A stretch of DNA of 64,000 bases, taken from an uncultured Spirochaetota bacterium (lineage in GTDB: Bacteria > Spirochaetota > Brevinematia > Brevinematales > JAOACQ01). Both the position numbers and the translations under genes were made by a program. Shown in pieces: positions 51,469 through 60,743 of this stretch. Location of the stretch: assembly GCA_963835575.1 (NCBI GenBank), contig CAWIGG010000006.1, positions 192,001 through 256,000 on the forward strand, read 5' to 3'. Below the pieces are notes generated by a model. The model saw only the letters and a program-made list of their open reading frames with translations. It was not told where the DNA came from and did not search any database. Position 1 is the stretch's first letter. Every line of letters begins with the position of its first letter.

Positions 51469-51592
51469 TCTTGATAAAGACTTCCCGTCTTCCTGTTAAC
51501 CCTTCACGCTTTTCCCAATTCGCGTCTATTCGCGTGTCTTAGCGGATTACCCCGTTGGTGGTCCTTAGTGCTCTTGGTGTTTTGGTGGTAAA

Positions 51593-52444
51593 CTACGAAA
51601 GCGCCTTAAACCATGCGGCTATGATGATCATAATAGAGGCGAGAACCAGAACGGTCTGTCCGACATGTCCGGGGACCTTCCGGTTTTTAAAGATAAATCC
51701 GGCCGCAAGGCCTATTATAAATCCGCAGCAGAGCCCGAAGAAATGCCCCATAAAATCCACATCGGCGCCGCTTCCGAATAATGACAGGAAGATTAGCGCG
51801 GCCGCAGCCGGCTGCCAGCTCCGCTTTCTCAGGGCCTGCGTCAGGCTTGCCATGCGGAAGGCGGCCAGGATCCCGAACGCGCCGAAAAGGGCCGTTGAGG
51901 CGCCGATGCTGTGGTATTCCATGGGATGAAGGTCCGCGTTTACTGTATTCCCGGCGATGCCGGAGAGTAGGGCCAGGAAAAGACCGAGGCCGGTCCCGGT
52001 CTGGGCGAAAAGGTTATAAAAAATGATCGATCCCATAAAGGCGTTTGAGAGAAAATGGACGATGTCGGCATGCAGGGTCAGGGCGGTCACGGCGCGCCAG
52101 ACAGCGCCCTTCTGAATGTCCAGGCTGGAAGAATCGCCCGAAGAAAGCCAGCTTTCAAAAACATGGGACTGGTATAAGAGTGTTTGAAAGAAAAATAAGA
52201 CGAGAAACAGCGTCAATACGGATATGAGCGGCGCGGTATACTTGGCGTCAATAACAGGGATCTCTTTATTCTCTTTTTCATAAAGTTTGATCTGCCGGAG
52301 CGCTTCTTTTTCAAAGTCTCCGCCGACTGTGATGTCCCATTTGTCCTCAACATTATCAAGAGTATGGGGGATATGCATGGCGGAGAGAACAAGGGACCAT
52401 TCGGAGGCTTTTTTCTTTTCCAGAGACTGCAGATCTATGCTCAT
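51593..52444 (-). CDS. Rhomboid-family intramembrane serine protease
   Basis: WR..TALTLH...H..SN, GASTA, D.MGHFFG. Confidence 0.9.
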   Translation of the reverse strand: MSIDLQSLEKKKASEWSLVLSAMHIPHTLDNVEDKWDITVGGDFEKEALRQIKLYEKENKEIPVIDAKYTAPLISVLTLFLVLFFFQTLLYQSHVFESWLSSGDSSSLDIQKGAVWRAVTALTLHADIVHFLSNAFMGSIIFYNLFAQTGTGLGLFLALLSGIAGNTVNADLHPMEYHSIGASTALFGAFGILAAFRMASLTQALRKRSWQPAAAALIFLSLFGSGADVDFMGHFFGLCCGFIIGLAAGFIFKNRKVPGHVGQTVLVLASIMIIIAAWFKALS

Positions 52445-52609
52445 CAGAATATCCTCTCAGTTATTTTCAGCGGTTAATTTATTTACTGATAGAATATAAT
52501 AAGGAACCCTTTTTTCTTCAAATACAATTGGCTTTATTAATTTCATATTCTTCCGATATTCTGAAAGAAGAATAATATTTGTTAGAGTCGTAATACATGG
52601 GAGGCGGAT

Positions 52610-53458
52610 ATGGTCAGAAGCATATTTACCGGCGCGAGCGGCATGATGGTCACGATGGAAGAAATGAACACGGTGGCCAATAACCTGGCAAATGTGAATA
52701 CGGACGGCTATAAACGGGAGACGACTGTGACAAAGGCGTTCCCCGAAATGCTGATCCGCCGCCTGAATGACGACGGCCAGGTCAAATTCCCCCTGGGGAG
52801 CTATGATCTTGCCCCTGTCGTTGGGAAGCTCGGGACCGGCGTCGAGTTTAACGAATCGTATATCCGATTCGAGCAGGGAAGTCTTCTCAATACAGGCAAC
52901 GATTTCGACATGGCGCTGGAAGGAGAAGGCTTCTTTTCGGTCATGACGGAAGAAGGGGAAAGATTTACGCGCAACGGCAACTTCAAGATAGATAAAGACG
53001 GCTTTCTGACCGATAGTCATGGCTTTAAGCTTGAAGGCGAGAAGGGTTTCATCCAGATCGCGCAGAACAACTTCCAGATCGATAAGGAAGGGAATATTTA
53101 TGTCAATCTTGATTACAGGCCGGAGGATTTTGTGGACAAGGCCGGCAATGAATGGAAAAACATGACGCTTGTCGACAAGCTTAAAATCGTGGATTTCCCC
53201 GAAAGACGCTACCTTCAGAAAGACGGCCGCACCCTGTATAAGGAAAGCGATTTTTCAGGGCCGGCCGCCATCGCGCAGGGGACGGAACGTCCGCAGGTCC
53301 TTCAGGGCGTATTGGAGAAATCCAATGTCGATCCGGTTATTGAGATGACAAGGATGATCGAAATAAACCGCCTCTATGAAGCCAACCAGCGGGTGATCCA
53401 GACGGCGGACAATACGCTGAACAAAACGGTCAACCAGGTGGGCAGAGGACTGGCGTAA
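52610..53458 (+). CDS. flgF: Flagellar basal-body rod protein (FlgF/FlgG family)
   Basis: ANNLANVNTDGYK, TGNDFDMALEGEGFF, TRNGNF, LEKSNV...YEANQ; FlgF versus FlgG not certain. Confidence 0.8.
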   Translation: MVRSIFTGASGMMVTMEEMNTVANNLANVNTDGYKRETTVTKAFPEMLIRRLNDDGQVKFPLGSYDLAPVVGKLGTGVEFNESYIRFEQGSLLNTGNDFDMALEGEGFFSVMTEEGERFTRNGNFKIDKDGFLTDSHGFKLEGEKGFIQIAQNNFQIDKEGNIYVNLDYRPEDFVDKAGNEWKNMTLVDKLKIVDFPERRYLQKDGRTLYKESDFSGPAAIAQGTERPQVLQGVLEKSNVDPVIEMTRMIEINRLYEANQRVIQTADNTLNKTVNQVGRGLA

Positions 53459-53474
53459 TAAAAAAATGTAAAAT

Positions 53475-53510
53475 AAAAAAAACGGCCTCCCATCGGGAGG
53501 CCGCTTTTTT
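53475..53510. terminator. Bidirectional rho-independent terminator
   Basis: A8-CGGCCTCCC-ATC-GGGAGGCCG-CTTTTTT between convergent genes. Confidence 0.9.
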
Positions 53511-53534
53511 ATTCTCTCATGCTTTCGCAATTAA

Positions 53535-53966
53535 TTAATTGTAGGTAATCGGGCCGACTTTGGCGAGCCTTTTGGCCGTAGAGGGTCCCGTATTTTGACA
53601 AAGTTCAATAGTAATCTGATAAGGCTGAGTCAGGCCAGACGTGTTGAGGGTACCGCCGATGGTAACTGTTCCCGATGCCGAAGATACGGTATGCTGTGCA
53701 AACTCTAAATAGGAGGTACCGGATTGTAAAGCTATGATGGCAATATAATAGCTTCCCGAACCGGAAAACCCTCCTATGGAATAATCGACGGACGCGGAAA
53801 TGGTTGCACCGGTCGCTATTGTTGAACCGGGGGCCGGTGTCATGCTGTTTGTCGTCAGGGTAGAAGGCGATCCCCCTCCGTCTGAACTTGATGACGGCGC
53901 CATACTGCAGGAAAAAAACAGAAAAAAAGCCAGAATTCCTGTGGAAAAAAAGATTGATTTGATCAT
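53535..53966 (-). CDS. Small Ser/Thr/Gly-rich lipoprotein, Ig-like beta body
   Basis: GAGGAGG RBS; FFSC lipobox; low-complexity linker. Confidence 0.7.
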   Translation of the reverse strand: MIKSIFFSTGILAFFLFFSCSMAPSSSSDGGGSPSTLTTNSMTPAPGSTIATGATISASVDYSIGGFSGSGSYYIAIIALQSGTSYLEFAQHTVSSASGTVTIGGTLNTSGLTQPYQITIELCQNTGPSTAKRLAKVGPITYN

Positions 53967-54103
53967 AAAACCTCCTCACATGATGATATTATAATATTTT
54001 GCAAAAAAATCAAGAATTAATTTATTCCTGTTCCCGCTGGGAGTTATTTTCCGTCCCATCCGCCGTGCAGTCCGGCTTAAAAAATCGGCAAAACTTCTTT
54101 TGT

Positions 54104-54997
54104 TTATTTGAATTTATATAATCTCCATTTAGAATTATTATAGTCATAGGCCATAAGATATATTTTACCTGAAGAATTGCACGCGATAGCTGTGTTGGCT
54201 GATAAAAACAAACCTTCTTTTTCTATATAAGTAACATAAATGTTGCTCAAAAAAGTTCCATTGGTATTATAAATCTCAATGTATGAAGAACTATATATAT
54301 CAGCCGGATGATTTACTCCAAACAATTTAGTCTTATCCGGACTGATCGCAAGATCGCAGCCTACTAATGGAGCATAATTTCCAGCCCAATTCCATGAGAA
54401 ATTTTCAACCAGCCCCAATGTATTCGTGTCGTATTTCGATAAACCGTTGATCAATGAGCATATTCTTCCATATCCGTCAAATACAAGGCCGTAACCGCCG
54501 CCTACATTGGCATTAGCTGCCAAACTATAATTGCTGTTATATTTGTAAAGTGAACTGCCTGCCAATACATAAATATTGTCATTGATATCGACCAGTATGT
54601 CGAAAACATTTGCGCCTATGTTTATATTTGTTATCAGAAAACCCGAATAAGTATAAACCACAATCCGTTGATTCCAGGTGTCGGCCACATAAATTTTATC
54701 TCTGTTCGGATTGACTGTGATTCCGAAAGGCGAATTTAGGCTGTTATTAGTCCAGCCTGTTTGATAGGAGCAATTATCATCAAAAATCCTGACGGCATCT
54801 GCCGATTGATCGATAACATAAATCCAGTTGTTTTGATCGACAAAAATATCAGTCGGATAGCCGAAATAATCACTGGTCCAGTTTGTTTCAAAGATAGACT
54901 GCGGCGCACCGGGTTCCTCTTTTTGCAAATTAGTGCTGCATGACATTATGCATAAATTGCAGGATATAAGCAGAAAAACAAACGGGTAATATTTCAT
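54104..54997 (-). CDS. NHL-repeat (beta-propeller) lipoprotein
   Basis: PTDIFVD...YVID and LNSPFGITV...IYVADTWNQRIVV repeats; IMSC lipobox-like. Confidence 0.8.
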   Translation of the reverse strand: MKYYPFVFLLISCNLCIMSCSTNLQKEEPGAPQSIFETNWTSDYFGYPTDIFVDQNNWIYVIDQSADAVRIFDDNCSYQTGWTNNSLNSPFGITVNPNRDKIYVADTWNQRIVVYTYSGFLITNINIGANVFDILVDINDNIYVLAGSSLYKYNSNYSLAANANVGGGYGLVFDGYGRICSLINGLSKYDTNTLGLVENFSWNWAGNYAPLVGCDLAISPDKTKLFGVNHPADIYSSSYIEIYNTNGTFLSNIYVTYIEKEGLFLSANTAIACNSSGKIYLMAYDYNNSKWRLYKFK

Positions 54998-55404
54998 TTT
55001 TCTCCCCCTGTCATTGATTTCTTTTAATCTATATCGAAATATGAGTAATCATATTTAAACTCTTTTCAAATAGTAAAAAACTTTCATGTCCAGATAACCG
55101 CTTCATATTTGGACGATAAATTAAAATGCTTCGGCATTGCCAATGGCATGGCCGCAAGGCTTAAAAATAAAAAAGGGAATCATCAGGGATAAAAATAGTT
55201 TCATTAAAATCCTCTCTATTATTTTTGATTGATAAAACCGTTTTCTAGTAAAACCTTAAAGCCTGTCAAGTTGATAACAGTGAAAACGCGTTTTTCCGAT
55301 CTATTTTAAACATCGGATAAATACATGACTTTACTTCAACAGCTCTTTCCTTATATATCCAGGGTTATTAGCGTCTATTCGTGATATTAACCCCTTACCG
55401 CCCC

Positions 55405-57162
55405 TCACTGGTCCTTATTTCTGAAGCCGTCTTCAATACTTTCCCCCCTCAATTCCAGCTTTCCGAGAACTTTGGAAGTGCTTGGGAACGGCTCGTACCA
55501 GCAGTCTGCTGTCGATATTTTGGGTATAAAAAATTTAAATTTATTATCAATAGTAAACTCTGAAACTCCGTTCGGGCTTTTCCCGTAATCGGCGGGCACT
55601 AAGATCCTATTTTTGATGTCGGATGGATGATCTCTCAAAAACTTGATATGCCGGTCTATAAAAAAATATCTGTTGAAAAGAAAGACTTCAAATGCGATCA
55701 TAAACACTATCAAAAGGGCCGAATAAATTTTTGACAGCATTAAATGACCGGAACTATTTTTAATTAAACGGATTAATGCCGGTAAAAATACCAGGAGGCT
55801 GAAAACAGAGAATATTCCGGCCCCATACCTGACATCCGGCGCGCTGTAAAAAAGAAACATGGTTCCGCCTAATGCGGTAAGATAGCATATCAAATAATTT
55901 TTATATTTTATGATCAGGAGCGGCAGTTTCTTTATATGGAAAAAGAATGCGGTAAAATAATAGATCAACGATAAGGACATCAATGTAAAAAGAGGCCAGA
56001 TCACGTACTTGTACTGGATATTTAGGCCCTTCAGCCATAATGGCAGGTAATTTAAGACAGGCATATTTCCGATCGGGAAGGACCAATCCCTGATCCCGTT
56101 TATATCATCCTGAATGATATACTCAGGCATCTTCCAATCAACATTAAAAAAACCTGTTTGAATTACCGGGTAAACGGCATAACCGGAAATGATGACATTC
56201 CGGACAATCCATGGGAATATGATCAGGCCGGATAATAAAATTAATAATGAAGGCCTGATTTTTCCTTTGAATAATTCAATGGCGATAATATAGAGCGCGA
56301 ATAAAAAAAGAGGGGCTCCCGTCAGCTTAACTGTTATTAAATAGGAGGAAAAGATAACAATGAGCACGCTAATAATGTCAAATTCATAAGATTTCCGTTC
56401 TCCAATTTTATTAATGAATAATAAGAATATCACCCATATTATTATCGAGGTGGGCATGTCCGTGCCGGGCGATGAAGCGAAGTTGGTATATAGATAAACG
56501 GCTATCGGAATCACAAAAAAGCTGATCAGTCCGCCCAATCTGTTTTCCCCCCTGAAAAAACCGTCTGCCGTTTTTAAAAAATAGAAAGCCCCGAATAGAA
56601 AAAATATGCCGTTTAAAACATGAAAAGACTGCGCTTTAATAAAAGAAAAGCTGAAAAGCGCGCAGGGCAGAAACCAGCCGTTATTATAAGCTAAATTTTT
56701 ATGAAAATTACCCAAACCCGGAATTGCTTTAAATTTCTCTATCCAGTGGATGGCCTGGGCATGGTATAATGCCGTATCAAAATTTTTAGGTATGTAAATC
56801 GAAGTTTCAAAAAGGATAATGAGAAAAAGAGCAATAAAGACGGCCAGGGAAGGAATATTTATGTTTTTAGTATCGGTTAAATGGACTTTGAGGTCTGCCA
56901 TCAATCTTTTGCGGTCAAATAAAACATAAATTAAAGCTGTTGATATGAGTATAATATTGACGGCCAGACCTATTTTCATAAAAATAGAAAAATATGAAGC
57001 GATCGTTCCCAGTACGCAGACGCCTAAAATCAATATAATAGGAAGGCTGGCGCCGCTTTTATTTTCAAAACCGAATAAAGTGTTTAATATCCTGACAGTT
57101 AAAGACCCGTAAATATAGCAAAAAATTGTTATCCAGATCCAAATCAGCAATGTCAGAAGCAT
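55405..57162 (-). CDS. Polytopic membrane protein (LIC_10190-like, possible GT-C fold)
   Basis: DTALYHAQAIHW...PGLGN...LAYN, SPGTD, RNVIISGY..YP, APDVRYG. Confidence 0.7.
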   Translation of the reverse strand: MLLTLLIWIWITIFCYIYGSLTVRILNTLFGFENKSGASLPIILILGVCVLGTIASYFSIFMKIGLAVNIILISTALIYVLFDRKRLMADLKVHLTDTKNINIPSLAVFIALFLIILFETSIYIPKNFDTALYHAQAIHWIEKFKAIPGLGNFHKNLAYNNGWFLPCALFSFSFIKAQSFHVLNGIFFLFGAFYFLKTADGFFRGENRLGGLISFFVIPIAVYLYTNFASSPGTDMPTSIIIWVIFLLFINKIGERKSYEFDIISVLIVIFSSYLITVKLTGAPLFLFALYIIAIELFKGKIRPSLLILLSGLIIFPWIVRNVIISGYAVYPVIQTGFFNVDWKMPEYIIQDDINGIRDWSFPIGNMPVLNYLPLWLKGLNIQYKYVIWPLFTLMSLSLIYYFTAFFFHIKKLPLLIIKYKNYLICYLTALGGTMFLFYSAPDVRYGAGIFSVFSLLVFLPALIRLIKNSSGHLMLSKIYSALLIVFMIAFEVFLFNRYFFIDRHIKFLRDHPSDIKNRILVPADYGKSPNGVSEFTIDNKFKFFIPKISTADCWYEPFPSTSKVLGKLELRGESIEDGFRNKDQ

Positions 57163-57187
57163 CAGTCACTCCAATTATCAGGGAAAG

Positions 57188-58525
57188 TTAAAAATTCGGG
57201 ACGCGGTAAATGCCGCGTTTGATATATATAAAAAGATCCCTGTCGGGTGAATCGCTCCATTCATCCGCGAGGGGATATAATCCTTTGCCGGTTTCTTTCC
57301 ATTTTCTCAGGCTAATGATCAAATTCTCCCTGTGTTTGACGATGGCTTTATATTTGATGGTATAAATAAATCCGCAGTACAGGATGGATGAAATAAGCGA
57401 AGCGGCGAATAAGCGTTTGAGCCAGTCCGTATTTTCCAGCAATTCCATGAGACTCAGATAAATTAATATAATGAACTGGATTGATACTACACGGTAGCGT
57501 GAAGTTATAGCCTGTTCAAGGCCCATATCTCCGCCCCTGACAACCATCGCACCGAAAGCGGACAATATCAGGAATAGAAAAACGGCGAAGAGGGCCGGAT
57601 TCTTCCTGTCGTACCGGATCACTATCAGGAATATAAAGTATGAAGCAACGATTACACCGGTAATCAGTGGAAGTATCCGGGTGATCGTATTTACCAGGCT
57701 TCCTCCCTGCTCTGAAAGATAACCTGAAAAACTGGCGCCGAAACAGTTGCCGATAAAATAGAAAAAATATAACGGATTGATGTTTGCCAGATTAGGCGCT
57801 TCGAATTTAATGAAATTCCAGTGCATAAAATCGCCGGAATAATAACGGTAAAAAAATATTACTGGGAGTGAGAGAAGAAGCCATAGCCCTGATTTTTTCC
57901 AGTCTTTCCTGTATAAAAGGAACAAAAGACCGGTCCCGAGGAACAGGATTCCGTTTGCCTGCGAGAAATAGGCCGCGACGCTTAAAAGGAAGGCCGGAAT
58001 TGTCCAGCCCCAGAACTTCGATTTTTCAGACAGGATCAGAATCGAGAGATAACCGAAAACCATCACATAAAAATTGGTAATTGATGCCATACCGAAAAAA
58101 CTGTTTTCCGCGTAGCCTGTCTGAAAGAAGAGGAATACCGCCGGTACAAAAAGCATTATTTTGTCTGTTTTCGGGCGAAACATGCGGTAAAGAGCCGATA
58201 TGATTACTAAAAGTCCGGCATTGCCGATAAACTGCATCAGCCTGACGCTGACATGACCGAACAATGAATACTGCAGAAGGGTAATCAGCTTGTTGACAGG
58301 CTGGCGGTGATCGTTCCAGAAACCCATGATAAGATTGAAATGTTCCAGCCAGGATTTGCTGTCCAGAAAATTGACCATGAACATATAGACAGTCGGGTAA
58401 TCGTCATTATAGGGAATATTTACTGAAAATATTGCCAGATTAATATAAAAAACCAAAACCGGAACAAGCATAATACACAGCCATATTATTTGTTTCCGGT
58501 GCAGCTTGATCGCTTTAAAATCCAT
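57188..58525 (-). CDS. Polytopic membrane protein, putative glycosyltransferase-associated
   Basis: NIPYNDDY, NDHR, R......A.TSRY motifs; multi-TM. Confidence 0.65.
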   Translation of the reverse strand: MDFKAIKLHRKQIIWLCIMLVPVLVFYINLAIFSVNIPYNDDYPTVYMFMVNFLDSKSWLEHFNLIMGFWNDHRQPVNKLITLLQYSLFGHVSVRLMQFIGNAGLLVIISALYRMFRPKTDKIMLFVPAVFLFFQTGYAENSFFGMASITNFYVMVFGYLSILILSEKSKFWGWTIPAFLLSVAAYFSQANGILFLGTGLLFLLYRKDWKKSGLWLLLSLPVIFFYRYYSGDFMHWNFIKFEAPNLANINPLYFFYFIGNCFGASFSGYLSEQGGSLVNTITRILPLITGVIVASYFIFLIVIRYDRKNPALFAVFLFLILSAFGAMVVRGGDMGLEQAITSRYRVVSIQFIILIYLSLMELLENTDWLKRLFAASLISSILYCGFIYTIKYKAIVKHRENLIISLRKWKETGKGLYPLADEWSDSPDRDLFIYIKRGIYRVPNF

Positions 58526-58666
58526 AAAAAACTAATTTCTCCCTTCTTTATGTAGTTATATTCATTAAGCTTAAAACTGGCAGGAAAAATTATAATGGAC
58601 TCAATAAAAAAAAACAATCAAAAAAATATATAATAAAGTAAATTCCCGTTCTTTTTTGTGATTCCC

Positions 58667-58695
58667 TTGAGAAAAATCCCGGGCGGTGCTAAAAT
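58667..58695 (+). promoter_or_regulatory. Putative sigma70 promoter of gcvT
   Basis: TTGAGA-N17-TAAAAT with extended TG. Confidence 0.6.
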
Positions 58696-58764
58696 AATAC
58701 CGGAAGCTTTTTCCCGATTTCCATTCAAATAAAGCTCCGCTGTAAATTTTTTAAGGAAAAAAAG

Positions 58765-59856
58765 ATGCAGGGTCTTCAAAGAACACCTCTTTATTCCGAA
58801 CATCTCCGGCTGAAGGCGCAGATGGCGCCTTTCGGCGGCTGGGAGATGCCGATCCAGTATGCCGGTATCCTGAACGAGCATAAAGCCTGCCGCGAAGGCG
58901 CGGCGCTTTTCGACATCTGCCATATGGGCGAATTCCATTTAAAAGGAAATATTGAAAAAAGCGGGATAGAGAAAGCCGTCTGCATCCCGGTTTCCAGGAT
59001 TTTCCCCGGCCGCTGTAAATACGGGCCCATGCTCAACGATAAAGGCGGCATAATCGACGATCTCATTATTTACCGGCTTGCGGAAGATGAGCTGATGATC
59101 GTCGTTAACGCCGAAACAACGGAAAAGGATTTTAACAATATAAAAAAATATTTGAACGGCATTGCTGTTTTTCAAAATATTTCGGAAAGAACGGCCAAGC
59201 TGGATTTACAGGGGCCGCTGACAAGGGATATCCTGATTGAAAAGTTCGGTAAAGAGATTGAAAGCATTCCTTATTTCGGCTTTAAAAAATTGGATATTCT
59301 GGGCGAAAAAGCGGTCATCAGCCGTACCGGTTATACCGGAGAGCTGGGATATGAGATTTATATCGACAGCGGCAGTGTCAAGGAATTATGGGACATATTG
59401 CTTTCGGATCCCCGGGTCAAACCCGCCGGACTCGGCGCGCGGGATATCCTCCGCCTTGAAGTGGGCTACAGCCTTTACGGCCATGATATCGATGAGGAAA
59501 CGACTCCGCTCGAAGCCGGCCTGGAAGCTTTTATCGACTTTACAAAGGATTTTAACGGCAAAGACGCCCTTCTGAGGCAGAAGGAAAAAGGCATTGAAAA
59601 GAAAAAGATCGCTTTTATGACAAACTCCCGCCGCTCTCCGCGCCGGGATTATAAAATTACGGCCGATGGAATAGAAATCGGTATAGTGACAAGCGGCGTT
59701 TTTTCACCGATGCTTTCATGCGGCATCGGGCTGGGTTATGTCAATGTTGAATATTCAAAAACCGGCACAAAACTTGTTATTAAACAGGACGCCGTTGAAA
59801 TAGAGGCGGTCATAACAGGACTGCCGTTTTATAAAAACGGCTCATTAAGAAAATGA
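58765..59856 (+). CDS. gcvT: Glycine cleavage aminomethyltransferase T
   Basis: RTPLY..H, FGGWEMP, FDICHMG, RTGYTGELGYE, GLGARDILRLE. Confidence 0.96.
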   Translation: MQGLQRTPLYSEHLRLKAQMAPFGGWEMPIQYAGILNEHKACREGAALFDICHMGEFHLKGNIEKSGIEKAVCIPVSRIFPGRCKYGPMLNDKGGIIDDLIIYRLAEDELMIVVNAETTEKDFNNIKKYLNGIAVFQNISERTAKLDLQGPLTRDILIEKFGKEIESIPYFGFKKLDILGEKAVISRTGYTGELGYEIYIDSGSVKELWDILLSDPRVKPAGLGARDILRLEVGYSLYGHDIDEETTPLEAGLEAFIDFTKDFNGKDALLRQKEKGIEKKKIAFMTNSRRSPRRDYKITADGIEIGIVTSGVFSPMLSCGIGLGYVNVEYSKTGTKLVIKQDAVEIEAVITGLPFYKNGSLRK

Positions 59857-59938
59857 GAATATATTTAATATTTAGTTAAATAGTGCGGTTCTTCCGTGAA
59901 AATGCTATAACTTATTGTTATATTATGATTTGAAAATT

Positions 59939-60022
59939 AACCACGAAGAACTCGAAGCACACGAAGATAATTTATTCTAAAATAGTAAGTAGCAAATTCG
60001 TGAGCTTTGTGAACTTCGTGGT
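59939..60022. repeat. Inverted-repeat element (CACGAAG family)
   Basis: AACCACGAAGAACTCGAAGCACACGAAG ... TTCGTGAGCTTTGTGAACTTCGTGGT. Confidence 0.8.
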
Positions 60023-60124
60023 GTAAAAATCGCTCGGATTAGGTATGAGCGGATTTAATAAATTATATAATATTTAAATACCGGCAGTTGACTGATGACT
60101 GCCGAATGATTTAAGGAGGCAGAT

Positions 60125-60496
60125 ATGCCCGTATTTTATACAAAAGATCACGAGTGGATCAGTATTAAAGGGAACAGCGGCGCTATCGGCATAACGGCTT
60201 ACGCCGCCCATCAGCTGGGCGATATCACGTATGTCGAACTGCCTAAAACCGGCAGGGAAGTCAAGATAGGGGCCGTGCTCTGCTCGATCGAGTCTGTCAA
60301 AGCCGCCAGTGAAATTTTTGCGCCGGTGTCGGGGAAAATCGTTGAATCGAACCAGAAACTTAACAGCGAACCGCAGATTGTTAATTCCAGCCCTGAATCC
60401 GAAGGCTGGATCGCAAAGATAGAACTATCTAATCCGTCTGAAAAAGAGAGTCTCATGGATAGAAATAAATATGATGAGCTTGTGAAGGGATTGTAA
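60125..60496 (+). CDS. gcvH: Glycine cleavage protein H
   Basis: YTKDHEW, LGDITYVELP, ESVKAAS lipoyl lysine. Confidence 0.96.
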   Translation: MPVFYTKDHEWISIKGNSGAIGITAYAAHQLGDITYVELPKTGREVKIGAVLCSIESVKAASEIFAPVSGKIVESNQKLNSEPQIVNSSPESEGWIAKIELSNPSEKESLMDRNKYDELVKGL

Positions 60497-60525
60497 AATA
60501 CCCGATTTATTCAGAACAAGAAGCA

Positions 60526-60668
60526 GTCATTGCGAGCGTCTGACTTGATACTCTGCCGGGAATTTTTATGCGAAGCAATCTGTCTGCAATAAAGATTGCT
60601 TAATGTATAGACAGATTGCTTCGCGCGATAGTCAATGGCAAAGGAAAAAATCGGGTGCTCGCAAAGAC
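60526..60668. repeat. GTCATTGCGAG-type palindromic element
   Basis: GTCATTGCGAGC...GCGAAGCAATCTGTC...GACAGATTGCTTCGC...GCTCGCAAAGAC. Confidence 0.85.
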
Positions 60669-60743
60669 GGTCCTTGTTTTGAAATTCTGGATATTTTATT
60701 TATTAATTAGTAAGTAATTTTATAAACTGATCAGGGAGGGGAG

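Larger units (their letters stand above)
48768..51589. repeat. Composite element bounded by ~100-bp inverted-repeat arms
   Basis: Arm 48768-48859 (continuing 50507-50523 after the IS110) is the reverse complement of 51481-51589, including an exact 21-mer ACCACCAACGGGGTAATCCGC. Confidence 0.8.

Noticed and set aside
52533..52559. Sigma28 promoter before the flagellar rod gene (TCCGATAT); also GCCGATGA before 46564
   Set aside because: The -10 boxes are plausible but the -35 TAAA is weak or mis-spaced; not supportable without start-site data
54020..54100. c-di-GMP-I riboswitch hinted by GATGGGACGGAAA (minus strand)
   Set aside because: Lacks the GCAAA...GAAA tetraloop stem and a matching second hairpin
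55000..55210. Small exported protein upstream of the NHL gene
   Set aside because: The ATG reading stops after ~27 codons; possibly a decayed gene but unidentifiable
58526..58764. Glycine riboswitch upstream of gcvT
   Set aside because: No GGAGA...CCGAAG aptamer pattern; a sigma70 promoter lies only ~70 bp before the ATG
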